From the NCBI GenBank assembly GCA_964580065.1, contig CAZOJE010000003.1, positions 18,441 through 82,440 on the forward strand: a DNA stretch of 64,000 bases. The letters are read 5' to 3'. This document shows, piece by piece, positions 61,553-64,000 of this stretch; the stretch's first letter is position 1, and each line of letters begins with the position of its first letter. Source of the stretch: an uncultured Candidatus Saccharibacteria bacterium (GTDB lineage Bacteria; Patescibacteriota; UBA1384; DTJR01). Below the pieces are notes generated by a model. That model searched no databases. It worked only from the letters and a program-made list of their open reading frames with translations, and was not told the origin of the DNA. A program made the position numbers and the translations under genes.

Positions 61553-62086
61553 ATGGATAGCACTATCACTCACGAACATTTTCAACTGAAAAAAAACGTC
61601 CCCAACATCAAACCGGGAGACCGTATTCGCGTTCATCAAAAAATCCACGAAGGCAACAAGGAAAGAATCCAGGTTTTTGAAGGTTTGGTCATCAAAACCC
61701 AACACGGTCGCGGTATCAACGGCACTTTCACGGTTCGCCGCATTGCTTCAGGTGTTGGCGTCGAAAAACTCTTCCCCTTACATTGCCCTGCTATTGTCAA
61801 AATTGAAAAAATTCGTTCCGCCAAAGTCAGGCGGGCCAAACTTTATTACGTTAGAGGTTTAATCGGCAAAGGCGCTAAGAGATTGAGCAAAGAAAAAGAA
61901 GACTTGGGCGTTTGGGAAGATGTCGTTGCTCCAGAAGAGCCGGCCGAAGAAGTTGAAACTGAAGAAACCGAAAATGAAGAAAGTGTTGAGCCGGAAGAAG
62001 AAACCGAACCTGTCGAAAAACCTGCTAAAGCTGAAGATAAAACTGAAGACAAAAAAGACAAAGCTGAAAAGCCAGAAAAAAAATAA
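61553..62086 (+). CDS. rplS: 50S ribosomal protein L19 with long Glu/Lys-rich C-terminal extension
   Basis: [27 protein letters not shown] is the L19 core. ~60 aa acidic/basic tail. Confidence 0.85.
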   Translation: MDSTITHEHFQLKKNVPNIKPGDRIRVHQKIHEGNKERIQVFEGLVIKTQHGRGINGTFTVRRIASGVGVEKLFPLHCPAIVKIEKIRSAKVRRAKLYYVRGLIGKGAKRLSKEKEDLGVWEDVVAPEEPAEEVETEETENEESVEPEEETEPVEKPAKAEDKTEDKKDKAEKPEKK

Positions 62087-62149
62087 TTCTCAAATCAATT
62101 TCAAGTTAAAAAGCGATCTCGAAGGGTCGCTTTTTGCTAAAATTAAAAG

Positions 62150-62515
62150 ATGGCTTATTTCAAAAAACAAACCGGTGCTTGGGGCGAAGATTTAGCCGAG
62201 CGTTTTTTGCGGAACAAGGGTTATAAAATTATCGCTCGCAATTTGCGCTCCAAAGCAGGCGAAATTGATATCCTCGCTCGAAAGCGCGACATTCTCGTGG
62301 TGGCAGAAGTTAAAACCAAATCCGGCGATGAATTAGGCCAGGGCTGGGAGATGGTTAATTATTTTAAGAGAAAAAAGCTTGTCAATCTTGCGAAATCGCT
62401 TCAGATAAAGTACCCTAAATGTGTAATTAGAATTGATATTATTTCCATTGATGCCGCCAGCACGCCACCCGCAATCGAACACTTTGAAAACGCAGTTGAA
62501 GAAATTTTAAGCTAA
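62150..62515 (+). CDS. yraN: YraN family (UPF0102) endonuclease
   Basis: G.WGEDLAERFLRNKGYKIIARN.R...GEIDILA....ILVVAEVKT matches the YraN PD-(D/E)xK motif. Confidence 0.7.
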   Translation: MAYFKKQTGAWGEDLAERFLRNKGYKIIARNLRSKAGEIDILARKRDILVVAEVKTKSGDELGQGWEMVNYFKRKKLVNLAKSLQIKYPKCVIRIDIISIDAASTPPAIEHFENAVEEILS

Positions 62516-62520
62516 AAAAT

Positions 62521-63897
62521 ATGATCATCACACGTTTTGCTCCTTCGCCTACCGGCGATCCACACATCGGCAATATCCGAACCGCTTTTTTTAATTACCT
62601 TTTCGCCAAGCATTCCGGCGGTAAATTTTTGTTACGGATTGAAGATACCGATCAAAACCGTTACACGCGCGAATCGATCGAAACAATTAAAGAAGCTTTG
62701 CGCTGGCTCAATATTGCTCCGGAAAATATTGATAATCCCATTGTCCAATCGCAAAGATTAGATCTTTACCAAGCTGCAGCTCACAAACTGGTTGACGAAG
62801 GCAAGGCCTATGTTTGTAATTGTTCCAAGGAACGACTCGAACAAGTGCGTGCGGACCAAACGGCTAAAAAACTTTCGCCGCGATATGACGGCCACTGCCG
62901 CGACCTCAACCTTCCCTTTGCCGAAGGTTGCGTTATTAGAATGAAAATGCCCGAAAATCAAATAATTAAATTTGACGATTTAATTCGCGGCCAGATTAAG
63001 GTTAATTCTGACACTTTGGACGACCAAGTTTTACTAAAATCTGACGGTTTTCCAACCTATCATCTTGCCCACGCCATTGACGATCATGAGATGGGCACAA
63101 CCCACGTTTTTCGCGGCGAAGAGTGGCTTCCTTCAGCGCCCAAGCACATCCTTCTTTTTGAAATGTTCGGCTTTACGCCGCCTCAATACGCTCATTTGCC
63201 AGTCATTCTCTCCCCCACTAAAGGCAAACTTTCTAAACGCGACGGTGCCACGACAATTTTAGAATATAAAAAAACCGGTTATCTGCCCGAAGCAATTTTG
63301 AATTTTCTGGCTCTTTTGGGCTGGAATCCCAAAACCGACGAAGAATTTTTTTCACTTGAAGAGCTGGTGGAAAAATTCGATTTATCCGGCGTCAATAAGT
63401 CACCAGCCATTTTTGACATTAAAAAACTGAATAATTTTAATCGGCATTATCTTAGCCAAAAAGCGCCTGAAGAAATCGTGCTTTTGGCGAAATCGCACGG
63501 CTTAGAAGATGTAACAGGCGGCGAAGCAAAACTCATCAGCCGCGGCAGCCAAGATAATCTTAGAGAAGCGATCGAAAGCATCAGACTTCTGCGTCAAGCG
63601 CCTCAATTAGATAAAAATCTCTTGGTTTTTAGAAAATCGTCCGTTGAGGCCACTAAATTGGGTCTTAACGAAGCCAAAAAAGCTTTGTCACAGATCGAAC
63701 AATGGGATTCTGACAATATTCAAAAAGCCCTAACCGAAACAGTCGCAAAAAACAATTTACAAAACGGCGATGTTTTTTGGCCGATTCGCTATGCGTTGTC
63801 GGGAGCAGAAAAATCGCCTTCACCCGCTGAATTGGCCGAGGCAATCGGTCAAGATCAAACTATTTTAAGAATTAACGAAGCGCTTAAAATTTTATGA
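62521..63897 (+). CDS. gltX: Glutamate--tRNA ligase
   Basis: RFAPSPTG.PHIGN (HIGH) and KLSKR (KMSKS) class I motifs. 458 aa. Confidence 0.85.
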   Translation: MIITRFAPSPTGDPHIGNIRTAFFNYLFAKHSGGKFLLRIEDTDQNRYTRESIETIKEALRWLNIAPENIDNPIVQSQRLDLYQAAAHKLVDEGKAYVCNCSKERLEQVRADQTAKKLSPRYDGHCRDLNLPFAEGCVIRMKMPENQIIKFDDLIRGQIKVNSDTLDDQVLLKSDGFPTYHLAHAIDDHEMGTTHVFRGEEWLPSAPKHILLFEMFGFTPPQYAHLPVILSPTKGKLSKRDGATTILEYKKTGYLPEAILNFLALLGWNPKTDEEFFSLEELVEKFDLSGVNKSPAIFDIKKLNNFNRHYLSQKAPEEIVLLAKSHGLEDVTGGEAKLISRGSQDNLREAIESIRLLRQAPQLDKNLLVFRKSSVEATKLGLNEAKKALSQIEQWDSDNIQKALTETVAKNNLQNGDVFWPIRYALSGAEKSPSPAELAEAIGQDQTILRINEALKIL

Positions 63898-64000
63898 TCA
63901 AAGTAATTCAAATTTCCGGCGACTCATCTTCCACGGGTGCCCCATCGCATATTTTTCGTCTCTCTAAAGAGCTTAAAAAAAGAAATTTTAATGTCATTAT
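63894..64000 (+). CDS. Partial CDS (5' end only), hypothetical, possibly a glycosyltransferase
   Basis: ATGA overlap with the gltX stop. MIKVIQISGDSSSTGAPSHIF... is open to the window end. Confidence 0.3.
   Translation, partial: MIKVIQISGDSSSTGAPSHIFRLSKELKKRNFNVI

Noticed and set aside
62537-62761. Small ORFs in alternative frames within gltX and other genes (for example 62537-62761 plus, 62758-62961 minus)
   Set aside because: They are embedded in a well-supported conserved CDS. They are spurious.

Overview
This is a low-GC (~40%) bacterial window. The minimal ATP synthase operon, truncated housekeeping proteins (DnaJ without Zn-finger, short ATP synthase delta), ribosomal proteins with long charged tails, and comEA/comEC competence genes are consistent with a CPR/Patescibacteria-like genome, but that lineage call is inference. 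Core content: rsmI; atp operon (atpZ-like, B, E, F, H, A, G, D, C); recG; ruvA ... ruvC-yebC; a GDP-mannose/sugar-nucleotide block (ROK kinase, epimerase, PMM/PGM, manC); grpE ... dnaK ... dnaJ-like; eno; lepA; murJ; dnaB; dnaX; dnaE; rpmA; rplS; yraN; gltX. RNA genes: tRNA-Leu(TAG), tRNA-Lys(TTT), a probable RNase P RNA, and a promoter/terminator-bounded candidate sRNA. The most notable accessory content is listed here. (1) A cluster of four ATP-grasp-type ligases (RimK-like, two stand-alone cyanophycin-synthetase G-domain paralogs, and a large ATP-grasp-like protein) inserted between ruvC and ruvA next to sugar-nucleotide genes. (2) Two discrete high-GC islands (~24.48-25.53 kb and ~60.34-61.04 kb), each with its own SD sites and terminators. 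(3) A tandem array of four paralogous membrane-anchored proteins next to tRNA-Leu, with tRNA-3'-end-like direct repeats. (4) tRNA-Lys flanked by partial copies of itself separated by GC-rich structured spacers, plus a frameshifted GIY-YIG gene. (5) An ApbE + FMN-binding-domain cassette bracketed by an ~80-bp direct repeat that duplicates the 3' end of the upstream gene. (6) comEC split at an A8 homopolymer. (7) Two paralogous discoidin-domain surface proteins sharing a ~357-bp near-identical 3' segment.
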